A DNA stretch of 64,000 nt from Patescibacteria group bacterium (GTDB lineage: Bacteria > Patescibacteriota > Patescibacteriia > Patescibacteriales > UBA12465), in assembly GCA_041650715.1 (NCBI GenBank), contig JBAZKQ010000001.1, forward strand, positions 390,945 through 454,944. Direction: 5' to 3'. Below are positions 20,261-30,000 of this stretch, in pieces. The notes under the pieces are model-generated. The model did no database searches, was not told the origin of the DNA, and saw only the letters and a list, made by a program, of their open reading frames with translations. The position numbers and the translations under genes are program-made. Numbering within the stretch: position 1 is the first letter of the stretch; every line of letters begins with the position of its first letter.

Positions 20261-21208
20261 TTAATTGCTTATATTTTGATTATAATAACTATCCCAATCG
20301 GCCGCGCTCACTTCGGGTAACTCTACTTTTTTTGTGTCTAAGTGATTTAAATAATCGGCGCTAAAAGCGCGGCTCAGGCTATCAAGCGCCGTATCCTTAT
20401 AAACTTCCTGCCAAATTTCAAGGCTTTCAGCGGGGTAAACTAAATAATAATCGCCCAACAAAAATATTAAATCCTGTCGTAAATAATTATCCGTTTCAGG
20501 CGCTAAAACAATTTTTTTAATAATATTCAATTGCTCTATCGTAAAGAAGCTGGATTTTTGGCGAATGGCACTAATATTTTTTATCGCCTCACGCCGCATT
20601 TCCGTCTCAGTATCCGAATCTAATATGGCAAAATAATTGCTTATTTCCGCATCATTCTTTATTTCACCCAGAGTTTTTATGGCTTCCAGCTTGTCCGCGC
20701 TCGACGTGGCCTGATTTATCTGACGGGTCAAAATTTCCTCCAGGTCGTAACGAGCAAAGGCAACAGAATTAAAGCGCATGATAATTTCTCTAATAATTTG
20801 CGGCTTGGCATTCGGCTCGGAAAGATAATCGAGTAAGTACTCCGGCGGATTGTCCGGGCCGTAAGCTAAATAAATTATGTGCACGAGCTCAGCTTTAAAA
20901 GCATCGCCCGCGTTCTTATTTCTCCATTCAATTTTTAGGCGCTCAAGCACCCTTTTTTTATTTCTCTTCAATTCATTAACTACTGACTTTTCCCAAGTAT
21001 CACGCTCCAGAGCGCACTGTTCGTGGCAAATCGGCATAAGCCTATAAGACTCTTCCAGTCTTTTTAAAGCCAGCTCCGCCGGGCTCACTCTCATAAGCGC
21101 AATAAATAAATACAAAAGAATGGGAAAAACGACTAAGGCCACCCCGGCGACGATTGTAATTTTAGACCGCCGACGGAGGGCTGCCGCCATTATTTTTAGC
21201 ATGTGCAT
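20261..21208 (-). CDS. Hypothetical membrane-anchored protein
   Basis: 315 aa with one N-terminal TM (IVAGVALVVFPILLYLFIAL). Helical-repeat-like remainder; no motif recognised. Confidence 0.55.
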   Translation of the reverse strand: MHMLKIMAAALRRRSKITIVAGVALVVFPILLYLFIALMRVSPAELALKRLEESYRLMPICHEQCALERDTWEKSVVNELKRNKKRVLERLKIEWRNKNAGDAFKAELVHIIYLAYGPDNPPEYLLDYLSEPNAKPQIIREIIMRFNSVAFARYDLEEILTRQINQATSSADKLEAIKTLGEIKNDAEISNYFAILDSDTETEMRREAIKNISAIRQKSSFFTIEQLNIIKKIVLAPETDNYLRQDLIFLLGDYYLVYPAESLEIWQEVYKDTALDSLSRAFSADYLNHLDTKKVELPEVSAADWDSYYNQNISN

Positions 21209-21343
21209 ACTTTTAATTCTTAATTAATTTTTAGCCCTCTAACTATAGCGCGGTGCACCTGATAGTTATTTAAAATTATTTTAAATTTCTCCTCGCGTTC
21301 TTCTGGTGAAATTTTTCGTAAAATAGCCAGTTTTATACATAAC

Positions 21344-21373
21344 AAAAAATCAGACCTTGCGATCTGATTTTTT
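21344..21373 (-). terminator. Intrinsic terminator after the Wzy_C/TPR gene
   Basis: Minus strand AUCAGAUC-GCAA-GGUCUGAU followed by UUUUUU. The U-G wobble pair forms only in the minus-strand RNA. Confidence 0.75.
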
Positions 21374-21427
21374 AATTTATTTCTTTATTGATTCTTTATT
21401 TTTTTGCCTTAAACTTTTACTAATTCC

Positions 21428-23710
21428 CTACTTCAGTTTCCGGTTAGTATCAACTAATTTCTTAAACTCCAACCAGCTGGCCCCGATACTCGGATCAAGC
21501 GCGTAGGCTTTTTGATATGTCTCTTCCGCTTTTGTCGTGCTACCGATTACTTCATATAACTTAGCGAGATTAAACCAAACTTCCGGGTCAGGAGTAGAAA
21601 TCTTAGCAAGTTGTTCCGATAGCATAGCCGCATGTGAATAATCCTTCAAATCAGAATAATAATTAATCATCATTTTTAGCAGAGCCTCGGACCCCAACTG
21701 AGAAACGCCGCCCTTATCAAGACAATTATTTAAAGTCTCGTTTAAATTTGAATCATACTTTGTATAATCAAAGCCATATTTACTATTACCGACAATGAAA
21801 TATAATTGCGATAAACGACAATAGCCTTCATAATAATTTTGATTTAAATTAATCCCCTCCCTCATAGTGGCTATCGCCAAATCGTTTTCGCCGCGACCGA
21901 GCTGCATCTGCGCTTTTACGAAATAAGTCGTGGCCCGTCCCGGACTGGCAGCGATCGCATCTTCAATCGCATTCATGGCCTGCGCGGAATAAAAATTAAA
22001 GCGCTCCAAATTTTTTGAATTATAGTGAGCAGCCGAATCAAGAACTTGAGCGAGTTGCATCTGCATCATGCTATCGGCCGGATTATAGGCAACATTGGCT
22101 TTTGCCAGTGAAATAACGTAATCGTAAATCTCCTGGCCCCTGGCCTGATCAACATTACCGAGCAAGCTACTATTTCCAATTAACAAATTTATGAGCGTCG
22201 TGCGCGGGTCACGTTCCATCGGCCGACCGGAAAAGGCGTTCTTATAGGCATCAACGCCGGAGACAATATTTCCTGAAGCGATGAGCGCATAGCCGTCTAT
22301 CGTTCCGGCAAACATACGTAGGGTTTTTACATTATAATAATTGGTAAATATATAGGCGATTAAAAGAAAGCCGATTAAGAACGCTAATTCTGTGCCATCT
22401 TTTTTAATAACAAGGCGCGGCTGCTTCTCTTCGCTCTTCGTATCATTGCCTGCGCCGCGGCGTAAATCAAGCCAATAGATGAAGCCTAACATCGTCATGA
22501 GGCCCAAATAGGTCGAGAAGGAATCAAAGATGGCCAAATTCTGGATAAAATAAGCGACCACGAGCGAGGTGATGATAATGATTTCCAAATTATTTAAACC
22601 GTTATAGTCGTTGCCGACTCTCTTCCCGTTCGCCTTAAACTCACGCCACAAATAATAAATAACGGCCAAGAAGATACTAAGATAGGTTAGCAACCCAACT
22701 AAACCGGTAGTGGAAGTAATATCAATGATATTATTATGCGCCCGGTCGAAATAGGTATCACCGGTCGTATAATTATAAAAATCAGAAGTAAAATGGCGAT
22801 CGAAAATAATCGCGTAATTACCATAGCCGGTTCCGAAAACCGGATGATATTTAAAATCCGCGGCTGCGCCCTTCCAGGAAATTAAACGGGTTTGGAAGGT
22901 GACTTTTTCGGAAGTTAAATTGCGGAGAAAACTGGCCTGGAACCAGGCGGATTTTGTCTGGGAAAAGATACCGACGATGGCGATAACCGCTAAAACAAAG
23001 ATAATAAGCGAGCCCCGTCTAATTTTTTTATTAACATGCGAGAGGCCGATAAGCAGAAACATGAGAAGAAAACTTAAACTCAAACCGATAATCGCGCCCG
23101 AAGTATGCATGCGCCAAAACTCGATGAGCATCGGTATCAGAGGTAAAGCATAAAACCAGCGCGCTGATTTATTGGCGCTGCGGAAAAATAAAAGAATTAT
23201 GAAGTAAATACTAAATATTAGATAACCGCTCACATAGGCGGTATTGCCGATGGTGCTATAACCGTTGGGGCCAAACAATCCGAATAAGCTGACAGCCGTC
23301 GCAATCACGACTGAAGACAGAAGTAGCACGCGCCACTCTTTCCAGGTTCGAAAAGCGGTAATCAAAACAAAGTAGAAAATTAAGAAATGGGCGACGTGGA
23401 AAAAGCCGAGCATGCGTTCGGCATCGCCCCAGAAGCTTAGATTATAATCAACACTGATAAAACATGAAGCTAAAATCGCCAAAAAATAAGCAATTAAACC
23501 CCAGGAAATCAAATTCTTTTTTGGCCGATATTCCGGGAAACGCATTATAAAAACTAGCCAAAGGGCGAACAGAATCTCCATTAAGATATTAAAGGGCAAT
23601 TGCTTTGACGTTATATAGGGGAAAAGTAATTGTTTAAAAACGAGGAGAATGATAATAAGCGAGGCGATAATACCGCCCTGTAAAATTCGCAGATAAGTTT
23701 TTGACGACAT
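21428..23710 (-). CDS. O-antigen ligase/O-oligosaccharyltransferase-like (Wzy_C) polytopic membrane protein fused to C-terminal TPR repeats
   Basis: 760 aa with at least 10 hydrophobic spans. Wzy_C-type loop YFDRAHNNIIDITSTTGLVGLLTYL. C-terminal roughly 300 aa has TPR-like repeats (AIATMREGINLNQNYYEGYCRLSQLY, VWFNLAKLYEVIGSTTKAEETYQKAYALDP). Confidence 0.7.
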   Translation of the reverse strand: MSSKTYLRILQGGIIASLIIILLVFKQLLFPYITSKQLPFNILMEILFALWLVFIMRFPEYRPKKNLISWGLIAYFLAILASCFISVDYNLSFWGDAERMLGFFHVAHFLIFYFVLITAFRTWKEWRVLLLSSVVIATAVSLFGLFGPNGYSTIGNTAYVSGYLIFSIYFIILLFFRSANKSARWFYALPLIPMLIEFWRMHTSGAIIGLSLSFLLMFLLIGLSHVNKKIRRGSLIIFVLAVIAIVGIFSQTKSAWFQASFLRNLTSEKVTFQTRLISWKGAAADFKYHPVFGTGYGNYAIIFDRHFTSDFYNYTTGDTYFDRAHNNIIDITSTTGLVGLLTYLSIFLAVIYYLWREFKANGKRVGNDYNGLNNLEIIIITSLVVAYFIQNLAIFDSFSTYLGLMTMLGFIYWLDLRRGAGNDTKSEEKQPRLVIKKDGTELAFLIGFLLIAYIFTNYYNVKTLRMFAGTIDGYALIASGNIVSGVDAYKNAFSGRPMERDPRTTLINLLIGNSSLLGNVDQARGQEIYDYVISLAKANVAYNPADSMMQMQLAQVLDSAAHYNSKNLERFNFYSAQAMNAIEDAIAASPGRATTYFVKAQMQLGRGENDLAIATMREGINLNQNYYEGYCRLSQLYFIVGNSKYGFDYTKYDSNLNETLNNCLDKGGVSQLGSEALLKMMINYYSDLKDYSHAAMLSEQLAKISTPDPEVWFNLAKLYEVIGSTTKAEETYQKAYALDPSIGASWLEFKKLVDTNRKLK

Positions 23711-23752
23711 AATTTTAATTATTTAGCAAATAGTAGATATCGCTATTATAAC

Positions 23753-23781
23753 ATAGCCGTCGACGGGCTGTCGACGGCTAT
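23753..23781 (-). terminator. Perfect 12-bp hairpin downstream of the repeat-protein gene (terminator-like, weak T-run)
   Basis: ATAGCCGTCGAC-GGGCT-GTCGACGGCTAT. On the minus strand it is followed by GTTATAAT rather than a T-run, so it may act as a terminator or stabiliser and overlaps a possible -10 for the next gene. Confidence 0.45.
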
Positions 23782-23784
23782 TTA

Positions 23785-24159
23785 CTAATAAACTCTAAAT
23801 TCTAATTTTCGTAAGCGCCTCTCATGATTGTTATATAAATCATCAAAATGGCTAAAGGCTGATTCAATTTTGTAGTCTAATTGGTTGAAGCGCAAATCTA
23901 ACTTGTCATCAAACTTATTTTCTAAATGTTTTAATTTTTCGTCTAAATAGTCTTTCGTGGCGAAGTTCTTGTCTAAATAGTCTTTCGTGGCGAAGTTCTT
24001 GTCTAGATAGTCTTTCGTGGCGAAGTTCTTGTCTATATAGTCTTTCGTGGCGAAGGCTTCAAGATCCTTTTTCTTCGCAAATTCTTTGTCTAAATAGTCT
24101 TTCGTGGCTAACTGATTGAATTGCTCAGCCGTTAACATGACTGGTGCGAGTTGTGGCAT
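23785..24159 (-). CDS. Small coiled-coil protein with tandem FATKDYLDKN decapeptide repeats
   Basis: 124 aa with ATKDY(L/I)DK(N/E)F repeated 5-6 times. C-terminal HERRLRKLE tail. No signal peptide. Confidence 0.6.
   Translation of the reverse strand: MPQLAPVMLTAEQFNQLATKDYLDKEFAKKKDLEAFATKDYIDKNFATKDYLDKNFATKDYLDKNFATKDYLDEKLKHLENKFDDKLDLRFNQLDYKIESAFSHFDDLYNNHERRLRKLEFRVY
23941..24060. repeat. Tandem 30-bp direct repeat (4 units; units 1 and 2 identical, units 3 and 4 with point changes) inside the 124-aa gene
   Basis: GTCTAAATAGTCTTTCGTGGCGAAGTTCTT at 23941-23970 and 23971-24000; GTCTAGATAG... at 24001-24030; GTCTATATAG...GGCTTC at 24031-24060. A diverged fifth copy lies near 24088-24110. 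Confidence 0.95.
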
Positions 24160-24328
24160 AGTTTTTTGGCCTACCGCCTAAATATCGCTAAACAGGGATA
24201 ATTAGACGGCTTTTGGCAATTAATAAATAATTGCCTCCGGTAGCAAGCTAAATCTCAGGTTAAATTTCGGGGAGGTAGAGAAAATTATAGCATAATTTCC
24301 TACGTGATTCAATCTAATAACATTAGAC

Positions 24329-24362
24329 AAAAAAGAGCCCCTGTTTTAAGCGGGGCTCTTTT
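24329..24362 (-). terminator. Intrinsic terminator after the Ig-repeat protein gene
   Basis: AAGAGCCCC-TGTTTTAAGC-GGGGCTCTT with a T-run on the minus strand (plus-strand A-run 24329-24334). Confidence 0.8.
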
Positions 24363-24395
24363 ATAAACAATTTTTACTATTTCTTTTTTTATTTC

Positions 24396-26888
24396 CTATC
24401 TTGCGGCGCCGCTATAGGCGATGGCGCGGACGATGTTCCAGGCTAAGGAATTAATTGGCGCATGAGCATAGACATAGCGGAAAGATAAAATCGCGGTTTG
24501 CTCACTCTTGGTATTGCGGCTCGTCGGGCGCAGGCCGTAAGCGATAATTGTGACTGCATTCGCATCCTTATTATTGCTCATATTGGCCGCCCGATTATAA
24601 ACTTTAGCAAACTCGATTTTAGCTTGTGCCTCAGCGCTGGCACTTAACTCACTCGGCCAGCGTCCGCTCGCAATCTTAAGTAAATCCGACCATTGAGCAG
24701 CCGTCACCGGTAATTTACCATAAGCAGCCGCATAGGAACCCAAAACCCCGGCTCTTTCTCCGGCTCCTAATTTTAAGGTGCTCGGCGTGCCGTAAACGAT
24801 AAAGTAATTTAAAGTATTTAAAGCGGCGGCGCTTAAACTCTTCGTTCCAACTAAGGGATTAACATAGCGAACCGAATAAGTTCCCTCGAGAGTCATATCG
24901 CGCGTTCCGGAAACTGCCCCGACGATTGCCTCGACACTACCGCCAGCTAACATTATCGATTCATTATTAATAACGCTCAAAATATCGCCTCCTGAAGCCG
25001 TCGTGCTCGTTGTCGTGGTCGGCGTTGTAGTCGTCGTCGTTGTCGTGGTCGAATTTACCGTCACTGAAAATGAATTGCAATTATTACTTGCCGAGCAGAT
25101 AGTCACGACCGTCGTTCCAGCCGTCTTGCCAAGTACGCTCACAACATTATTATCTAAATTAACCTGAGCAATTGCCGGATTAGAATTCGAAGAGATATAA
25201 TAAGCGCTGCCTGAGCCTCCGGAAACCGATATTAGGGCGCTCTGACCAATAGAAAGAGCTGGATTAGAGCTGCTAAAAGCAATTGGTGTAATTGCCGTGG
25301 TCGCACTTACGGCCGCATATATCACCCCGCATTGCCCGCCTGTCTGGCAGACAGTCACGTTCGCGTTCCCCGCACTTAAAGCCGCTACCCGGATTTTATC
25401 GCCGTTAAGAGTAAAGGTAGCAACGTTCTGATTATTGCTCGTTGTTATATAATATCCCCCGGCGCCGTAGAGCGTCACGTCCGAAGTCGCGCCGACTGTT
25501 AAATTCAAATTATTATTGCCGAAAGTAAGTTGCGTATTTGAGCTAACGCCATTAACAAGCACAGAAAGCGGTACGCAAGCACCGCCGGCCGAGCAAACAC
25601 TTAAAGATCCCGAACCCGCTTTAACGCCAGTTAAAGTTAAAATATTATTATTTAAACTACTCTGAAAATAAGTACTGGCACCGGTATCCGCCAAGAAACT
25701 ATAAGGCGTTGAACCGCCGGAAATAACAACGCTTACCGCTTGGCCAATTTGCAGCCATAAATTACTTTGGCTAAGCGTAATCGCCCCGCCGCTTGAAGCG
25801 TAGCTGACCGTGGCTGTTAGAGAATTGCAGTTCCCGTTATTGGCACAAACCGTTATAACCGAGCTCCCCGCCCCGTTACCGACTAAAGTTAAAACACTAT
25901 TATTAACATAGGCATTAACCACACTAGTATTCGCATTTGAAGAAAGATTATAACTCGTTCCGCCCGAGAGCGTAATTGTTAAAGTCTGACCAATCGTTAA
26001 AGTCGGCGCCGTCTGGCTAAAAGTTAAGGCAGCCGAGCTCACTGAGCCGACACTTGCGTTAATAATGCCGCAGGCGCTCATATCAGTCTTACAAACCGTA
26101 ATCGCCGCCGACCCGCCATTATTGCTCGCATGCAAGGTTATCGTTTGCTCGGAGATACTCGCGGTGATTACGTTCGGGTTGGAGTTATTTAAAATTGTAT
26201 AGTTCCCCGTGCTATTTAAAATCGAAACTGTCGCGCTTTGACTATAAGCAATCGTAATATTACTTTGGCTTAGAGTTAAGGGCTGAGCGCCGGAGTTTTG
26301 CACAGTTATATATGCGCTCGTGCAATTCGAGGTTGTCCCGAGCGCACAAACGGTCATTACGGTTTGCCCGTAGGCATTCGCGTTAACCGTTAGCTGACTG
26401 CCGCTGATATTAATATTCGCAATTTGGGGATTGGTATTATTTAAAAGATAGAGTTTATTGGAGCCGAGATTATTGACCGTAAGGGTCGAGCTATTGCCGA
26501 CTGTTAAAATTAAACCGGTATTATTTAAGGTTATGGCGCCCGTGCCGGTAGAAATATTATAGGGCCAATTAACGCTGGCTGAATTAATATTATTAATTTT
26601 GACAGAAACTGGAGAGCTCGGCGCCACGTCTAATTCGGCCGTGCTTTTTGTGAGCGACAGATAGCCGCTCGCATTGGTTGTGCCTAAATAGGTAAGCTGA
26701 GTCGCACCGGCTGTCTTCGTATAAAATAATAAAACATTAGAATTAATATCGCCATTAACCGTAATCTGAACGCTATCCCCGTCCCCGGTATTAGAGAGCG
26801 ATAAAGTGGGCGCAGATGCAGAAGCGAGGCTCGCGTTAAAAAGAATAAACGCGCCGATAATTAAAAATAAGCCGATGATTTTTTTCAT
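24396..26888 (-). CDS. Secreted protein with about 6-7 tandem Ig-like modules, each with a conserved Cys pair, a poly-Thr linker and a roughly 190-aa C-terminal domain
   Basis: Start set at the ATG at 26888 (MKKIIGLFLIIGAFILF signal peptide). Repeated endings VTVCALGTTSNCTSAYITV, ITVCKTDMSACGIINASV, ITVCANNGNCNSLTATV, LSVCSAGGACVPLSVLV, VTVCQTGGQCGVIYAAV, VTICSASNNCNSFSVTV. Linker TTTTTTTTTPTTTTSTT. Confidence 0.7.
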   Translation of the reverse strand: MKKIIGLFLIIGAFILFNASLASASAPTLSLSNTGDGDSVQITVNGDINSNVLLFYTKTAGATQLTYLGTTNASGYLSLTKSTAELDVAPSSPVSVKINNINSASVNWPYNISTGTGAITLNNTGLILTVGNSSTLTVNNLGSNKLYLLNNTNPQIANINISGSQLTVNANAYGQTVMTVCALGTTSNCTSAYITVQNSGAQPLTLSQSNITIAYSQSATVSILNSTGNYTILNNSNPNVITASISEQTITLHASNNGGSAAITVCKTDMSACGIINASVGSVSSAALTFSQTAPTLTIGQTLTITLSGGTSYNLSSNANTSVVNAYVNNSVLTLVGNGAGSSVITVCANNGNCNSLTATVSYASSGGAITLSQSNLWLQIGQAVSVVISGGSTPYSFLADTGASTYFQSSLNNNILTLTGVKAGSGSLSVCSAGGACVPLSVLVNGVSSNTQLTFGNNNLNLTVGATSDVTLYGAGGYYITTSNNQNVATFTLNGDKIRVAALSAGNANVTVCQTGGQCGVIYAAVSATTAITPIAFSSSNPALSIGQSALISVSGGSGSAYYISSNSNPAIAQVNLDNNVVSVLGKTAGTTVVTICSASNNCNSFSVTVNSTTTTTTTTTPTTTTSTTASGGDILSVINNESIMLAGGSVEAIVGAVSGTRDMTLEGTYSVRYVNPLVGTKSLSAAALNTLNYFIVYGTPSTLKLGAGERAGVLGSYAAAYGKLPVTAAQWSDLLKIASGRWPSELSASAEAQAKIEFAKVYNRAANMSNNKDANAVTIIAYGLRPTSRNTKSEQTAILSFRYVYAHAPINSLAWNIVRAIAYSGAAR

Positions 26889-26937
26889 ATGTTTATAATA
26901 TTTAAATATATTTATATTATAGCACATTTTTATTCAC

Positions 26938-26964
26938 AAAAAGAGCCCCCGAAGGGGCTCTTTT
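26938..26964 (-). terminator. Intrinsic terminator after the S-layer-like gene
   Basis: AAAAAGAGCCCC-CGAA-GGGGCTCTTTT: 7-bp GC-rich stem with a T-run on the minus strand. Confidence 0.85.
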
Positions 26965-27014
26965 GTTTTCCGATTAATTAAAGGAAATCGGGAAGACTCA
27001 AACAAGCTTAAAGC

Positions 27015-30000
27015 TTATTTCTGGAAAGTAGTACCGACAAAATCCTTGATGTAGGTGCCACCGAGGAAAGTGCTGATAGTACCGTCGTTCCATTTCCAAC
27101 CGTCGTTCTTCAGATCCATACGGAAATAATTACCAGTTGCTACAGTGCCTGTATTGTCAACAAAGACAACGAAGGTTTTAGTAGAACCGGAATTAATCGT
27201 AATTGTACTCTTCAGATTGGCAGTAGCTAAGGCACCAGACGTGGTAAACACGGCCGGTGCAGTAGTGGAAGCTAAATCAGTACCAAGATTAGCCGCATCT
27301 TCAATGACAATCCCCTTACCTCCAGAGATAGTATAATCAAAGAACGGTTTAAAGCTGACCGCGTCAATATTGACGGGGTTAGGTCCAGTTGCAGCCACGG
27401 TGAATCTCATAACTTCAGATTTACCGCTCGGTACCAATAACTTGCTGGCATAGTTAGAAGCGTCAACCACGGTCGGATAAGAAGCAACAAGCGTCATATC
27501 ATTAGTAGCGACAGTATATGAACCAGCAGCATCGGTCATTTGAGTACCATTAACAGTATACTTCATGCCTGTTAAAGAAATGTGAACTGTATTACCAGTA
27601 GCAACACCTCCTTGGCCGGTTGAAGAAACATTGTTATAAGCCGCCTTTACCTCAACTTGAGTACCCTGTAGACCAGCGGCAATCGCCGTGTTTAATCCAG
27701 TCATTGTAACTTTGCCAGATACAACAGGAGCGGTTACGCCGTCAACAGTGATTTGGCTAATAGCTGAAACAGATGAAACTACATCAAAGTATAATTCATT
27801 GATGGTAGCCGCACCGTTAGTAGCCACAAACTTAAAGTTACCCGCAGTTGAAGTGGTCCCGCCTAAGACGAAGCCAGAAACTGGGGTGTCGGAAACATTG
27901 GTCGGAGTAGCTAAGCTTGCAGACGCTAAAGTCATCATTTGACCATTAACTGCGTTGGTTGTTCCAAAACTCTGGGTAACAGTAGTCTTGTAAGTAACAA
28001 CTAAAGCAGTTTGCGTTGTTGAAGCATTCGCAATATCACCTAAATCAGCGTAAACATCAATAGTCTTGCTCTGGCTCTTATCGACAGTCAAATTTGTATT
28101 GAAGTCGTTATTAGCCTGAGGATTAACTGGAGAAGTATTTTCGCTGATATATAGGTTGCTGATATTGTTTAAATCAGCAGAAGTAGAAGAAGCTAACATG
28201 TTAACTCTAATGTTAGAGATATTAACACCTTCCGCAGGACCAGCAGATACGATATATGAACCAATCTTTACCTTTTGGGTATTCTTGGAAACATACTGAC
28301 CTTGAACGTTGGTATTTTGCGCAACAGTCATACTACCGGAAACGATAGATAGGCTATTGTTTGCTGGAGTAGCAGCACTTGTAACCGGAAGATATGAAGT
28401 CACACCTTGACCGGAAATGCTGCTGATATTTGCTTTAACGTTGGTCATTAAAGTGTTTGAATCAAGAGCTAAAGAACCCTTAATTTCAACAACTACTTCA
28501 GTGCCAGCCGGAATAACAAATAAATTGGAAGTACCAAAATCTAATGCAGTGTAAGTAGCATTTGCACCACCCACAAGAGTTAAAGATTTTGAGGAACCAA
28601 CTTGGTTGCCATTTACAACAACTGCCAAATCATTGATTTTTTCAGTTGTAGTAGCGGCGCCCAAGGAACCAGAAGTAACCATGGCAACGCTTAAAGTATT
28701 AACTTTAACGTCTTCACCAAAAGCCTTAACCTTAAATCTGCTTAAAGTAACGTTGTTGGCAGTTTTTACTACCTGAGTGTCACTAAAAGTAGTATCAGCA
28801 GAAACACTTAAAGTGCCTTGGCTGATAGTGAAGGCAGGGGCAATAGTAATAGCATTACCATTGGTAACGTCAGTACTTGCAACCGCTGCGATGTTAACAT
28901 TATAGTTGGTATCAGTAAAGACAGCGTTAGCAGCAGTCTGCAGCGCGAAGCTGAAGGTGCGGCTCGAACCCTTAATGATATCAGCCTTTAATTCAATCGT
29001 GTGGTTACCGGTATTCAATCTAACTGGAGTAGCTAAATTGAAAGCTAAGTCGTTATTGCTGCTTAAAGCAGAAGTACCGACTTTAGTACCATCAACGTAA
29101 AGGCTTAGGTTTGCTAAGTCGTCAACGTTCATAGAACCGATTTGCTTGAAAGCAATATACTTAAAGTCAACTGCTTTGTTGGAAACGACTGCAGTTTCAG
29201 ACCAAACAATAGTATTCATATTGCCTGCCTTAGCCGTGTTACCAGTTTTAGCAATAGTACTTGTTAAAGTAGTGCTCGCAATACCACTTGCGCTGGTCAT
29301 AGACATTAAGTTTCCAACTAACGGGAAACCGCCAGTCGTAGCTGCGCCAGTGGAGGTGATGTCAGAAGCTGCATTGATGGAAACACCAACATTACCGGTT
29401 GTACCGGAAACGTCAGCTTTAACAGTCAAAGTTTTTGTCTGACCAGCCGGAACAGTCAAAAGACCAGTACCGGAGGAGAAAGAAACCATACCGTTAGAGA
29501 AAGTTGCACCATCAGTTAAGCGAGTAACGCCATCAAAAAGATAAACGTTAAGTAAAGAATCATCGCCAGAAATACCAATTCTCTTTAACTTTAAGCCTTT
29601 AACAATAACTTGACCGTCATTAGCGGCGGTAAAATTGAAAGAAGCTAAATCAGCTAAAGCTTGACCACTAATAACAGAGTTAGAAGTAGCGGTATTTGAG
29701 CTTAATGAAACCATTAAACCAGAACCGGTAACAACGATACCAGTGCCACCATTCTGAGCTACGTTATGTAATTCACCGGAAGTGATTGCATTGCCACCAG
29801 CCGTAATAGTATTGCTGATAGTAATAACATCGCCCCAAGCAAATTTATTTGCATTGAAAGCGGATTCACTTGCGATTGAACGATAGTTAGTGCCGTCAAA
29901 ATAGTAAATAGCTGCATTATCAGCATTCTTTACTAAAGAACCGGTTGGAACTGCACCATTCGCTAAAGCAGCGCCGATAGTGTAGTTTGTGAAGAAAGCG

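Noticed and set aside
23941-24060. Possible CRISPR array because of 30-bp direct repeats
   Set aside because: The repeats are contiguous with no spacers. They are in frame within a 124-aa ORF and encode a decapeptide repeat. No cas genes are in the window.
24171-24243. Nested inverted repeats CTACCG ... GGCAATTA-ATAAA-TAATTGCC ... CGGTAG upstream of the repeat-protein gene
   Set aside because: They are short and AT-rich, and could simply be promoter or 5' UTR structure. There is no supporting conserved motif and no way to test covariation here.
27145-29442. Plus-strand ORFs 27145-27336, 27688-27942, 28906-29100 and 29146-29442
   Set aside because: They are antisense to the 1137-aa surface-protein gene. 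Their Val/Ala/Leu/Pro-rich translations are typical of the reverse complement of a Thr/Ser/Asn/Gly-rich gene.
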